A stretch of 64,000 nt of DNA from Myxococcota bacterium (lineage in GTDB: Bacteria; Myxococcota_A; SURF-8): assembly GCA_965140415.1 (NCBI GenBank), contig OZ223209.1, forward strand, positions 224,001 to 288,000. Reading direction: 5' to 3'. Positions within the stretch are counted from its first letter, which is position 1. Every line of letters begins with the position of its first letter. Under the pieces are notes generated by a model, which was not told the DNA's origin, searched no databases, and saw nothing but the letters and a program-made list of their open reading frames with translations. This document shows, one piece after another, positions 49,642 through 60,378 of this stretch. The position numbers were made by a program, and so were the translations under genes.

Positions 49642-50682
49642 CTACTCGACGAGCACGTGCGAAGCCTGGCTCGTGGCTTCGATCACACCGATTTCCAGCA
49701 GCTTCTCGCCTTCGCTTTCAGCCGCCTGGCGCAAGGCCGGAACCTGATCGGGCGCGGCGATGGCGATCATGCCGATACCCATATTGAAGGTGCGGTACAT
49801 TTCGTGCTCGTCGATACCCTGATGTTGCAGGAACTTGAAAATCGGCGGCACCTGGAAGCTGTCGCGTCGAATGATGGCACAGGTATTTTCCGGCAGCACA
49901 CGCGGGATATTGTCGAAAAAGCCACCGCCGGTGATATGCGCCAGCGCTTTGACCTGGCCGGTGCGTACCATCGATAAAACCGGCTTGACGTAAATGCGGG
50001 TGGGGCGCAGCAATTCGGCAGCCACGTTGCCGGTGCAACCCGGCAATTCGGTATCCAGCGCATAACCGAGTTGATCGAAAATGACTTTACGAACCAGCGA
50101 ATAGCCGTTGGAATGCAAACCGTTGGAAGCCAGCCCCAGTACGACGTCGCCCGGCTGCACGTTTTTGCCGTTGACGACATCGTCTTCATCCACGATACCG
50201 ACCGCAAACCCGGCTACGTCGTATTCGCCCGGCTGGTAAAAGCCCGGCATTTCAGCCGTTTCTCCGCCGATCAACGCGCAACCGGCAAGCTGACAGCCCT
50301 GGCCGATGCCTTTGACGACTTCGGCGGCCTGCTCGGCGGACAAGCGCCCGCAGGCGTAATAATCCAGGAAAAAGAGCGGCTCGGCGCCCTGCACTACGAG
50401 ATCGTTGACGGACATTGCAACCAGATCGATACCGATGGTATCGTGACGATTGGCCCACATCGCGACTTTCAGTTTGGTGCCCACACCGTCGGTGCCTGCA
50501 ACCAGAACCGGTTTTTTGTAGCGACTCAGATCCAGCCGGAACAAAGCTCCGAATCCACCGATATCGGTAGCCACTTCGGGACGGTGAGTGGCTTTGACAT
50601 GCGGGCGGATCAAGTCCACCAGCCGGTTGCCTTCGTCGATATCCACACCTGCATCGCGGTAAGTCGTTTTCGTGTCCGCCAT
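49642..50682 (-). CDS. purM: phosphoribosylaminoimidazole synthetase
   Basis: TYRDAGVDI, DGVGTK, GGETAEMP, HSNGYSL, HITGGG, TFNMGIG. Confidence 0.98.
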   Translation of the reverse strand: MADTKTTYRDAGVDIDEGNRLVDLIRPHVKATHRPEVATDIGGFGALFRLDLSRYKKPVLVAGTDGVGTKLKVAMWANRHDTIGIDLVAMSVNDLVVQGAEPLFFLDYYACGRLSAEQAAEVVKGIGQGCQLAGCALIGGETAEMPGFYQPGEYDVAGFAVGIVDEDDVVNGKNVQPGDVVLGLASNGLHSNGYSLVRKVIFDQLGYALDTELPGCTGNVAAELLRPTRIYVKPVLSMVRTGQVKALAHITGGGFFDNIPRVLPENTCAIIRRDSFQVPPIFKFLQHQGIDEHEMYRTFNMGIGMIAIAAPDQVPALRQAAESEGEKLLEIGVIEATSQASHVLVE

Positions 50683-50847
50683 CGTTTTCCTCCTTGCGAA
50701 TTCTGCGCCGCCAACCTAGCGGATTTTGCTCGTCTTGTCAACGCAGGGAAAGCGGGAAAATCGTATCGATACGACGCCCTGCTTGACAAGCGATTCGGCA
50801 TGACCGAAGATCGGGAAATCGAATTCGGTTGTAGTACGGAGAACATC

Positions 50848-51975
50848 ATGTCGATTCGCGTAAATACCTGCTTTCTCTTCATCACGATCGTTTCGGCCTT
50901 GCTGCTTTTCGGTTGTTCGAAAAAAAGCGAACCGGCCAGGACCGTCTCTGCCAAAACGGAAAACCAACCCGTGCAACGCTGCCAGGTTCTATTGGCCGAT
51001 CCTTCAGGAAATCTCCAGGCTTCGGAACATACCTGCCTATCCTTGAAGCATCCCGATAAGCTGCATGGTGATGCCGCTCTGTTCTTTCGCAACGACAGCA
51101 TTCCCCATATGAACCTGCTGCCCAATTCTTCGCGGCAGAAAGGGATTCTTACTTCGCAAAATCCGCAGGAACTCAAATTGATGGGCTTGTATGCCCGATT
51201 CGAAGAGGCGCGCGATTTCGCCAATCGATTGGGGTTACCGGAAAAGGCGCGGCGTGAAGCGAAGGTGGTATACCCGCTGCCTGCAAATCCCCAAAGACGT
51301 CCCTTGGCGCGTTTGCATTACGATTTCGAGCAAAAGGTGTTGTGGCTGGCTCAACTGACCGATTCGGATGCAGCGGAACCGGTACTCGCTCCCGGCATTG
51401 CCGTGCGCGCGTATCTGCTATTCAATCTGGCGACCTATTTTCCCAACCTGACCTGGAGGAATGAAGAGGAAGCGCTACAAACGCGCTGCGATCACGTCCG
51501 GCAGGCACTGGTTCTGGCGTTTGCGACTTATGGTGGAGCCGCCATCGCCGATAACCTGGGCTACATGGACGCCTTTCTGTCCCCACGCCACGGGTCGTTA
51601 CGAAAGATCAAACCGATCTCACAAGAGAATTACGCACTGACGGTCAGCGAATACAATACCGACTTCGATCCCGTTCCGATTGCAAACAATATCGCGCACT
51701 GCTTATGGCAAGGGCGTGAAACGATCGGCGTCGATTCGCACCGTATCGCCTACGACCGCATGATTTTCTCGCTCGTCAACGACCCGCGTTTTCCGGCCTG
51801 GTCGATCGGTCCCGACTTGATCGAACTGCTCAAATGGATCGGGCGCAAAGCCGCACCGACTTATCTTCCCGCGATTTGCGGCTGCATGGATAAGGCATTT
51901 ACCGGTGTAGTCGATGATGTGGTGGATTGCCAGGTGGCCTTGGGCCGCCCGGTTGAAGGCGATCCAGTAGAATAA
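50848..51975 (+). CDS. lipoprotein, possible inactive thermolysin-like (gluzincin) homologue
   Basis: RBS GGAG, lipobox LFGC; the upstream part of track ORF 50071 is purM antisense. Confidence 0.65.
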   Translation: MSIRVNTCFLFITIVSALLLFGCSKKSEPARTVSAKTENQPVQRCQVLLADPSGNLQASEHTCLSLKHPDKLHGDAALFFRNDSIPHMNLLPNSSRQKGILTSQNPQELKLMGLYARFEEARDFANRLGLPEKARREAKVVYPLPANPQRRPLARLHYDFEQKVLWLAQLTDSDAAEPVLAPGIAVRAYLLFNLATYFPNLTWRNEEEALQTRCDHVRQALVLAFATYGGAAIADNLGYMDAFLSPRHGSLRKIKPISQENYALTVSEYNTDFDPVPIANNIAHCLWQGRETIGVDSHRIAYDRMIFSLVNDPRFPAWSIGPDLIELLKWIGRKAAPTYLPAICGCMDKAFTGVVDDVVDCQVALGRPVEGDPVE

Positions 51976-52008
51976 TCATTTTTAGCGATATGTGTTTTCT
52001 TGATTTCC

Positions 52009-52074
52009 GTAGCGGTGGAGCGTAAGCCCACCGTTTTCAAGGCGTTTTTCGACGGGCTTACGCCTCGCCGCTAC
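52009..52074. repeat. REPIN-like element: two inverted family A REPs
   Basis: GTAGCGGTGGAGCGTAAGCCCACCG, short spacer, CGGGCTTACGCCTCGCCGCTAC. Confidence 0.85.
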
Positions 52075-52170
52075 AAGAAGACATCGCTAATATTCAATAA
52101 GAACTCCTTTCCGTTGGAGCATGGCGGGAGCCATGATCCATCGGATGAAATCCCGATTCATCGCATGGTG

Positions 52171-54684
52171 CTAGTCGTCCAGTTCGTAGATAAGCTGGTA
52201 ATTGTTCTCCGCGCCGGAATAGCCGGTTACCTGTAAGTAATACGTGGCGCTATTGGGCGCGAGGAAAATAATGGCTTCGTTGTTGCTGGTGCTGGTACTG
52301 CGCGCCACGACATCGCCGTAGCCGTCGCGCAGGTACAGATCCAGATCGCCCTGGCTGTGCTGGAAAATCAAGCTGATCAATGCCGTGCGCCCCGCTTCGG
52401 GAGCCAGGGCGTACCAGTCTTCATTCCCCTTGCAGATATTCAAACCGGGGATGTCCACCGGCGGTTGCAGAATCGTCGAACTGTAAATGTCGTCGTTGGG
52501 TTCGAAATCATCTTCCGGGCAGATGTTAACATCCAAACTGTAGGCCGTTTCGATGGCGACCTGGGGCCGAATCCACAGCGCATAGGTGCCGTTCTGGGTG
52601 ATTTTTCGTGTCAGCTCGTAACCGTCTTCGGTCGCCGAAGCCCCGGTCATCGGAATCTGGTTGGAATCGAAGAGCATGACCTGGGCGGCAGGAACGGTCG
52701 TGGGGAAATGTACGCTGATGGTCAGAATGTCATTGGTGGCAAGGCTTAATGAGTACCAGTCTTCCTCGTTGCGGCAGAGTTGCAGCTCGTCGTATACGCC
52801 CTCTTCCGGCAATAGCGCCGCCTGTGCGAACTGGTTGTTGTCCTCGAACGCATCGTTGTTGCAGAGTTGTTCGTTCACGATCTGCACCTGCAAATCGTAG
52901 CTTAGCTCCAGTCGTCCCTTGGCGGCGTAGATCTGCGCGTAGACCGTGCGCGCGGCTTCGGCGTAATGAATCAGGCGTTCGTTATCGGAAAGCGAGTCGC
53001 CCACATCGAGCGGCTGCATGCCGCTGTCGTACAGCACCGCGTCGATGTCGCCGTTGGAATGCGTAAAGAGAACATCCAGTTGCAGCGACTGCCCCGCCTG
53101 TAGATCGAAGGCGTACCAATCGACATTGTAAGGACACAGCTTGAACTCATCCTGCGCCTGAATATCGCTTCCGTCGGCGGCATCCTGCATGCGGTCGTTG
53201 GCTTCGAAGCGGTCGTCGGAGCAGGCCTGACTCGATTCCACCGTCACTTCCAGCGAATACTGGTTTTCGTCGTCACTGGGAGAAAACACGCGAATGTAAT
53301 AGGTTCCCGCTTCCGTGGCCCAAAACTGGATCTGCTCGTTATCCGTGGTGCTGTAGCTGGTCAGATACACCGAGCCGGTGGATTTATACAGGTATAGATC
53401 CAAATTGCCCTGCAAATGCACGAAACTCAGATCCAGCGTTACGAAATCCTGCTGTTCCAGGCTGATGACGTAATAGTCGTCGTTTTCCGGGCAGACGGTC
53501 AAATCGTCGTAGCGCACGGCGCTGATGACCTGGGCGCTTTCCAGACTGTCGTTGGGTTCCAGGCGATCATCATCGCAGGTGGGAATTTCGATCAGATCCT
53601 TATCCGGGTCCACTTCCTCCAACTCGATCTGGTCCTGTTCCATGATGTCGCCATCGACCAGCACGTCGATCTGCACGGATAGGTGATAATCCACGCTGCC
53701 GCCACCGGCGGCATAAACGAACAAATAATATTCGCCATGACCGGAAAACTCGACCTGTTCGTAGTCGTGGGAACTGCTGGAACTGATCACCTCGTAGTCG
53801 TCCTGATCGTTGAGAAGGAAGAGGTTCAAGTTGGCCTGATCGTTATCGAATTCAATACGCGCCGTCAAGGAGCCGCCTGCCGGCAGGCTTACGGCGAACC
53901 AGTCCAGATCCGAGGGGCAGATCGACAGATCCAGTTCGTCGTCGGCATACACCATCCGGGATTCTCCCCGGCTTTCATTGGGTTCGTAGGTATCGTTCAG
54001 ACAGGCCGGATCGTCCGCTTCCCAGTCCAGGTCGCCGTCGATTACATGCTCTTCGATTTCAAAGAAATCCCCGTCGCTTTCATCCAATTCGAGATCGTCA
54101 TCGCTTTCAAAGGTTTCCGGTTCCAGATCGCCATCGGAAGCGGGAATGCAACGCGCATGACCGTTCCGGTCGATATCTTCACAACCGAGTTCGCAGTTTT
54201 GCTGCACCTGGCAATTGCAACCGTTGTCGGGCAGGCAGGCCGGAGGCGCAGGCGGGCGCGGCTCACAAAATAATAACGTACTGCCGCCGCAACGTGTACC
54301 GGATTGTCCCGGTTCGCCGTTCTGGAAACAGACGGCTGCGGGTGGTGTATCGCAATCCATATCCAGATCGCCGTCAACCGGATTTTCCGGTTCCGGGTCG
54401 CTGTCGGGTTCCAGATCGCCATCGATCAAATCCAAATCGGCGTCTTCTTCGCTTTGTTCGGTCACATCGCCATCGGGTGTTTCCGCCGCATCCGGTTCGG
54501 CATCGAGATCGCCGTCAACCACATCGATTTCCGTATCGCCATCAACCGGTTGTGGAGTTTCGGTGCGGTCCCCATCGGGGGAGGTGTCGCCGTCCGTTTC
54601 GTCGCTGCCGCCGGAGCAGCCGGAAAATGACAAGAGAAACAAGGAGATGATTATCACAACCTGAAACGCTCGAACGTGCTTCAT
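52171..54684 (-). CDS. lipoprotein with DGD-rich stalk and five PPC-like (pre-peptidase C-terminal) repeats
   Basis: Lipobox FSGC; five CxxDxxExN...DWY/DYY units. Confidence 0.85.
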   Translation of the reverse strand: MKHVRAFQVVIIISLFLLSFSGCSGGSDETDGDTSPDGDRTETPQPVDGDTEIDVVDGDLDAEPDAAETPDGDVTEQSEEDADLDLIDGDLEPDSDPEPENPVDGDLDMDCDTPPAAVCFQNGEPGQSGTRCGGSTLLFCEPRPPAPPACLPDNGCNCQVQQNCELGCEDIDRNGHARCIPASDGDLEPETFESDDDLELDESDGDFFEIEEHVIDGDLDWEADDPACLNDTYEPNESRGESRMVYADDELDLSICPSDLDWFAVSLPAGGSLTARIEFDNDQANLNLFLLNDQDDYEVISSSSSHDYEQVEFSGHGEYYLFVYAAGGGSVDYHLSVQIDVLVDGDIMEQDQIELEEVDPDKDLIEIPTCDDDRLEPNDSLESAQVISAVRYDDLTVCPENDDYYVISLEQQDFVTLDLSFVHLQGNLDLYLYKSTGSVYLTSYSTTDNEQIQFWATEAGTYYIRVFSPSDDENQYSLEVTVESSQACSDDRFEANDRMQDAADGSDIQAQDEFKLCPYNVDWYAFDLQAGQSLQLDVLFTHSNGDIDAVLYDSGMQPLDVGDSLSDNERLIHYAEAARTVYAQIYAAKGRLELSYDLQVQIVNEQLCNNDAFEDNNQFAQAALLPEEGVYDELQLCRNEEDWYSLSLATNDILTISVHFPTTVPAAQVMLFDSNQIPMTGASATEDGYELTRKITQNGTYALWIRPQVAIETAYSLDVNICPEDDFEPNDDIYSSTILQPPVDIPGLNICKGNEDWYALAPEAGRTALISLIFQHSQGDLDLYLRDGYGDVVARSTSTSNNEAIIFLAPNSATYYLQVTGYSGAENNYQLIYELDD

Positions 54685-54832
54685 AATACCTGCCCTAATG
54701 CTGCTGCCACCGATCGTCCTGTGCAAATCACAACCAATCTGGTGGCCAAAGTAGATCTTGTAATTATACCGCAAGTCGCTTCGCAACGTGAAGGTAAAAG
54801 AGGGGGGTCAGGGTGTTTCAATTCTGGATCGA

Positions 54833-54984
54833 GTAGGATGGGCATTTGCCATGTCCATCACATGGGAAAGAATATGCAGATGGGACGTGTGGCATGGGCC
54901 AAGCGGAGAGAAACGGAGCTTGCCCATGTGGCTCTTGATGACCACGGGCAAGCCTGCGGCTTAGCCCGCGCCACCCTGAAATCA
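54833..54984. repeat. family C REP (54833-54861) plus module B (54893-54984)
   Basis: Matches 47966-47994 and the reverse complement of 13599-13679. Confidence 0.7.
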
Positions 54985-55319
54985 GACAAGTTTGTAATGT
55001 TTTGTGATGTAATTCGGATATGGATAAACTCCAACTCCGCGGCCAAGATCCGCACACACGACATGACAGCATCTGCCAATCTCCCCCATTCGCTTGAAAA
55101 TGCAATCGAATTTGCCTTCTTTCAATCATTCTGCTAGGATCGGTTCACTTCACGTGATGTGCCTGGATTCGCTACCGCGACGCCGCACGGCGCGACCATC
55201 CGAGCCCCCCAATAACGGGCCTGGTTGTCTTTCCGTTCGAGTCTAAAAACATCACAAATTCCGGATTGGATGTACGTGTTCAAGCGATTCGTGCTTGAAG
55301 TCTGATGGAGTGCTAGAAG

Positions 55320-57674
55320 ATGAAACAGCATCGCAGCAGGAAACAAATCGCCGACTTCGCGGAATTTCTTCTCCGCTGGCGAATTCCGATCATTCTGTTG
55401 ATTGTAATTATCGCCGGTGCCAGTGCGTACTATTTCAACAAGATACCGCGCGACCCGTCGGTCGAGGCGATGGTGCTTGAAGACGATCCGGATTTGCAGG
55501 CCTACAACAAATTCAAGGAAATCTTCGGCAACGATGAGTTTGTTTTATTGGCAACGAAGGTGCGCAACATTTTCGCCGAATCCGTGATGCGCGATGTGGA
55601 GGCGCTGCGGGAAAAAATCGAAACGGTTGAATACATCAAGGATGTCACGACCTACACCAATATCCGCACCGTGCATGGACAAGACGACTCCATCGTTGTC
55701 GAGGAGATGATCCCCGCGTTTCCGAAAAACGCCGAAGAATCCAAGGCCTTGCGTGAAAGAGCCTTACTGGAAACGGATTATATCGGCAACCTGTATTCAC
55801 AAGACGGCACCACACTTGCGATTCTGGCACGACTGGTACCTTTAAAAGGCGAGGAAGATTCCACCGAGACACGCTCGGCCATCACCTCCGGCATTCGCAA
55901 ACTCTGCCAGACGGAGCCCTTTAATCGCTACGACTGGAAAGTCGGAGGAACGCCGGTACTGAAAACCGATCTGGCCGAGACGCAACGCAAGGAAAGCACC
56001 AAGTTCCAGTTGATCATCTTCGCCATGCTTTCGGTGTTGTTGTTCGTGATTTTCCGCACCCTGGGAGGGGTGTTCGTGACGCTGGGAGCGGTGCAGGCGG
56101 GCGTCTTCATGCTGATGGCGGGTCATTATTTCTCCGGCATTCCGCTGACCATGGTTTCCACGATCCTGACACCATTGATGCTGATTTACGGCGTGTCCAG
56201 TTCGGTACATATTCAAACCCATTACGCCCTGCGCACCGCCGGAAATCTTACCAAACGGCAGGCTTTAATAGGTGCCGTGGCCGCCACGCTGATTCCCTGT
56301 TTCTTCAATTCCACCACCACTGCGGTGGGATTCGGCTCCAATCTCGTTTCGGCCATCAAACCGATTCGAGAATTCGGTATGTTCGCCAGTAGCGGCATCA
56401 TCTTGAGCCTGATTCTCTCTTTCCTGCTGGTTCCGACGCTGCTCTCTTTTCTTCCGGCACCCGGTAAAGCCACCCACAAGGCCCACGAATCCGGCCTGCG
56501 TGTATATGCCCTGGAATTCATTATCAAGCTCACCCAGCGTTACCGCTGGCTCATGATCGGTTCAGCATTGGTATTGCTTGCAATCAGCATTTACGGCATG
56601 AGCCTGATTCGCGTGGAAACCAAGTTGCTGGACTATTTCCGGCCCGAGTCGCCCATTCGTTCCTCCTACACATTCATCGATGAAAACCTTTCGGGGATCT
56701 CCTCGATGGAAATCATGATCGACACTAAAACACGCGGCGGTATGAAAGATCCCGAAGTAATCGCCAAGGTCGATGAACTGACTACCTACCTGCAACAGGA
56801 AGAAAAAGACACCACCAGCGTATTGAGCCTGGGCAATTTCTACAAGCGCATCAACATGGCCCTGCACGGCGACGATCCGGCCTGGCGCAAGGTGCCCACC
56901 ACGCGGCAGGAAGCCGCACAGTTTCTGCTGCTTTACAGCATGAGCGCCCCGGAAGGGGATCTGTTCGATTTCGTCTCGTCCGACTATCGCTACGGGCGCA
57001 TTTCCACACGCATTCGAACGCTCAGTTCGGCGCAACTGCAAGTGTTGGTGGAACGCATCAAAACCAAGACCCACGAGATTTTCGCCCCGATCGAACACAA
57101 AGGGGTGGCGGTCAATGTGACCGGTTCGGTCGTGCTGTACGCCAACATGAACAGTTCGCTGGTGATGGGTCAGTTTAAATCCTTTTCGCTTTCGCTGCTG
57201 TTGATTTCCATCATGATGATTCTGGTTGCGGGTGAAATCGGATTGGGGATCGTATCACTGTTACCGAATCTCATGCCGATTGCGTTGACGATGGGATTTA
57301 TGGGCTTCGCCGGCTATGCGCTGGATTCGACAACCGCCATGGTTGCCCCGATTGCCTTGGGAATGGCGGTGGACAGTACGATTCACTTTATGGTCCGTTT
57401 CCGCACCGAATATCTGGAGTCCGGCGACTATGAACTTGCCGCAGCACAGACGGTACGCATCATCGGGCGTGCCATGATCGGCACTTCGATTCCGTTGGCC
57501 TTCGGGTTCCTGGTGCTGGTCACATCCGAATTCATGCCGGTGATGGTCTTCGGGCTGCTGTCCGGCATCGTTGTCTTCTTGGCCATGATCTTCGATCTGA
57601 TCCTGACACCGATCTGCATGGCACTGTATAAGCCATCCTACCGCAAGCGGGGGCTGATCGACCTGTTCGAATAG
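55320..57674 (+). CDS. MMPL/RND family transporter
   Basis: Two TM bundles; TTAVGFGS, GMAVDSTIHF. Confidence 0.9.
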   Translation: MKQHRSRKQIADFAEFLLRWRIPIILLIVIIAGASAYYFNKIPRDPSVEAMVLEDDPDLQAYNKFKEIFGNDEFVLLATKVRNIFAESVMRDVEALREKIETVEYIKDVTTYTNIRTVHGQDDSIVVEEMIPAFPKNAEESKALRERALLETDYIGNLYSQDGTTLAILARLVPLKGEEDSTETRSAITSGIRKLCQTEPFNRYDWKVGGTPVLKTDLAETQRKESTKFQLIIFAMLSVLLFVIFRTLGGVFVTLGAVQAGVFMLMAGHYFSGIPLTMVSTILTPLMLIYGVSSSVHIQTHYALRTAGNLTKRQALIGAVAATLIPCFFNSTTTAVGFGSNLVSAIKPIREFGMFASSGIILSLILSFLLVPTLLSFLPAPGKATHKAHESGLRVYALEFIIKLTQRYRWLMIGSALVLLAISIYGMSLIRVETKLLDYFRPESPIRSSYTFIDENLSGISSMEIMIDTKTRGGMKDPEVIAKVDELTTYLQQEEKDTTSVLSLGNFYKRINMALHGDDPAWRKVPTTRQEAAQFLLLYSMSAPEGDLFDFVSSDYRYGRISTRIRTLSSAQLQVLVERIKTKTHEIFAPIEHKGVAVNVTGSVVLYANMNSSLVMGQFKSFSLSLLLISIMMILVAGEIGLGIVSLLPNLMPIALTMGFMGFAGYALDSTTAMVAPIALGMAVDSTIHFMVRFRTEYLESGDYELAAAQTVRIIGRAMIGTSIPLAFGFLVLVTSEFMPVMVFGLLSGIVVFLAMIFDLILTPICMALYKPSYRKRGLIDLFE

Positions 57675-57811
57675 CGAAGATTCTGCGATTGCCGCCTGTG
57701 AAAAGTTGGCGTTGCGTTGCTTTTCTGCTATGACTGAATGGTGGTTGTGGTTTTCTTGATTGCTTAGCAGGCAAAGGGAACACATCGGTACTTTTCACTA
57801 GGAACGGCTCC

Positions 57812-59548
57812 ATGGCAAGCAAGGCCTTAATTCTGATTATCGACGACGAGCGCCCTATCCGCGTGACGTTTCAGCTCTTTCTGGAAAACGAAGGATACGA
57901 GGTCGTTACCGCCGCCGACTACGAACAGGCCAATCTGGTGCTTGGCGAAGTGACTCCCGATGCCATTATTACGGATATCGTTCTGGGTAATAAAAGCGGA
58001 GTGGATTTGCTGCGCGATGTCAAACTGGCGGGTATCGAATCCCCGGTGGTGCTGATTACCGGCGAACCCAACCTGCATACCGCCATCGACGGACTGAGAC
58101 TGGGAGCTTTCGATTACCTGACCAAACCGGTCGATAAACAGAAACTGGTCGAAGTCACCTTCCGGGCGCTGCGCTATCAGCAATTGCTCAAGGAGCGCAA
58201 GCAGCTTTCCGAAGAGCGCGAATCCATGCGCAAGCGTATGCAGGCGGTTTTCGACAGTGTCGGAGAAGGTTTGCTGCTGCTGGATGAAGAACTGCGCGTG
58301 CGTGAAATCAATCGCGCCGGTCTTAAATTGTTGCGCATTTCCCGCGAAGAAACCCTGGGGCGTAGGCTGAGCGTTCTGTTCCCCAGAATTTACGAACAGA
58401 TACAGACCGATATTCCAACGGTGCTGCAACGACGTCACGCCTTTGTCGAAGCCACGGTCACCGATCCCTGCCAGCGGGGAGGGGAAGACGTCGTGTACGT
58501 GCGTTTGTCGCCGACTCAGCAAGACGGCGCACATGGCGATAAAGCGGTGGTGGTGATTCGCGATATCACCAGGCTGCGTCACCTGGAACAGCATGTGGTC
58601 GAACGGACGCAGTTCCATCATCTTATTGGTCGCAGCAAACCGATGCAGGAAGTGTATCAACTGCTCGAAGCCTTGAAAGACACCGACACCACGGTTCTGA
58701 TTCAAGGTGAAAGCGGCACGGGAAAGGAACTGGTGGCCGCCGCGCTGCACTATCAGGGTCCGCGCTCTACCGGACCGTTTATTCCTGTCAACTGTACCGC
58801 CTTGAACGAGCAATTGTTGGAGAGCGAGCTTTTCGGTCACGTCAAGGGCGCCTTCACCGGGGCGATTGCCAGTAAAATGGGGCGCTTCGAAGCGGCTGAA
58901 AACGGTACGATTTTCCTGGATGAAATCGGCGATATTTCACCGAAACTGCAAACCAAGCTTTTACGAGCCTTGCAGGAACGCACCATCGAGCGAGTCGGTG
59001 AGAATCGCCCTCGAAAGGTGAACGTGCGGGTAATCGCCGCAACCAACTCGGATATGGACGCCAAGGTTCGCGACGGTCTGTTCCGGGAAGATCTCTTTTA
59101 CCGGCTCAATGTCGTGCGCATCATGATGCCGGCATTACGCGAGAAAAAAGAAGACATTCCGTTACTGATCGAAAACTTCCGCCAAAAACAGCTTGCCCGC
59201 ATGAAAAAACCCATCGAAGGCTTTACCGATGAAGCCATGCAGAGCATGATTCTGCATCAATGGCCGGGCAACGTGCGCGAATTGGAAAATGCAGTCGAGC
59301 ACGCGTTTATCATGAGCAACGGTCCCCTGATCGACATCATGCATCTGCCGAAATCCGTAATCAACCGACCCGCCGGAAAAACCTCCGGGATCTCCACGTT
59401 GCGGGATTTGTCCGAGCAGGAAGAGTTACGCCAGGCGCTGATTTCGGCTGGTGGCAATCGTGCCAAAGCGGCGCGCCTGCTGGGCATCAACCGTACCACA
59501 TTGTATCGGCGCATGCAGCGCTGGGGAATGTCCGACAGCTCGCAATAG
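57812..59548 (+). CDS. sigma54 response regulator (REC-PAS-AAA+-Fis HTH)
   Basis: IIDDE receiver, PAS region, GESGTGKE, GAFTGA, AARLLGINRTTLYRR. Confidence 0.95.
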   Translation: MASKALILIIDDERPIRVTFQLFLENEGYEVVTAADYEQANLVLGEVTPDAIITDIVLGNKSGVDLLRDVKLAGIESPVVLITGEPNLHTAIDGLRLGAFDYLTKPVDKQKLVEVTFRALRYQQLLKERKQLSEERESMRKRMQAVFDSVGEGLLLLDEELRVREINRAGLKLLRISREETLGRRLSVLFPRIYEQIQTDIPTVLQRRHAFVEATVTDPCQRGGEDVVYVRLSPTQQDGAHGDKAVVVIRDITRLRHLEQHVVERTQFHHLIGRSKPMQEVYQLLEALKDTDTTVLIQGESGTGKELVAAALHYQGPRSTGPFIPVNCTALNEQLLESELFGHVKGAFTGAIASKMGRFEAAENGTIFLDEIGDISPKLQTKLLRALQERTIERVGENRPRKVNVRVIAATNSDMDAKVRDGLFREDLFYRLNVVRIMMPALREKKEDIPLLIENFRQKQLARMKKPIEGFTDEAMQSMILHQWPGNVRELENAVEHAFIMSNGPLIDIMHLPKSVINRPAGKTSGISTLRDLSEQEELRQALISAGGNRAKAARLLGINRTTLYRRMQRWGMSDSSQ

Positions 59549-59550
59549 CC

Positions 59551-59706
59551 GCAACACTTCTGTTGCACTGCAACAAGATTTGCGCACCACTACTGTTGCG
59601 CCAAATTTTTACTCCGCAACACTTTTCAACACTTGCTTCCTAACTAGCCGGTATAACAAAGGAATTAAAAACGTCATTTTCTGTTCATTGTTGGCATGAA
59701 CATTGC
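59551..59706 (+). promoter_or_regulatory. sigma54 enhancer and promoter
   Basis: Palindrome TGTTGCACTGCAACA (59561) plus further TGTTGC/GCAACA half-sites, AT-rich spacer, TGGCATGAACATTGC (59692-59706). Confidence 0.7.
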
Positions 59707-60240
59707 AGAAAGTAAGTGCCGTTCCGATTGGCAATCTCTCTATCTTTTTGTAATATGCTCACGATTTATTTTCGGGCCGTTTCTTACTGTGGGCTTTTAC
59801 AGAGAAATTGGTAAGCGGGCAAGTTGAGATGTTTTCTGCTCTTTGCACCAGAATAATCGAGAAAAACACTCACGCACTGCTTAAAAATAGATAAGACTTT
59901 ACGGTGTGTGTGTCACATAGCTTGAAATCCCGGAGGGACGCACGCCTCTGGATCAGTCGCCCTGGGCCCTCGACCCGTTTCCAATCCAATCCGATTCCCG
60001 AATTCCCAGGGAGGCGACCCTTCCATTATTTTTTTCTGTGCGAATCTTCATTTTTCTCCCCCCTTGTAGGAGCCTCTTCCGCGCCACACCGGAAGAGGTT
60101 TCCCTTTTTATGCCCCCATTTTCTCTGTAAGACGAGTCGGTAAGAAAAATATTCACAATAATGTGAGTGATTCACAAAAAAAGTGGCTTGCTCTTTGGGA
60201 TGGCGGTCGTTAAACGGGTTATTAGAGGAGATATCATTCG

Positions 60241-60378
60241 TTTCTGCCCATCGAGTACTCGGGATGTGGCATGGTCAGACCGTGTGTAACCTATTGAAGA
60301 CACACAGCCTTCCACGATCTTCGATCGCGTAAGGCTATGGCACAAACTCATAAAATCAACGGCTAAAATTGATTAAGA
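60241..60378 (+). repeat. structured dispersed repeat, copy 4 (one hairpin deleted)
   Basis: Aligns with 1627-1790 except that the CGGAATGGAAATTCCG arm is missing. Confidence 0.88.

Noticed and set aside
50071-50847. N-terminal extension of the 634-aa track ORF
   Set aside because: Overlaps purM antisense; the RBS and lipobox point to a start at 50848
57827-58840. 337-aa - strand ORF
   Set aside because: Antisense shadow of the sigma54 regulator
60163-60177. TGTGA-N5-TCACA as a CRP site
   Set aside because: The spacer is 5 rather than 6 nt and there is no clear target gene
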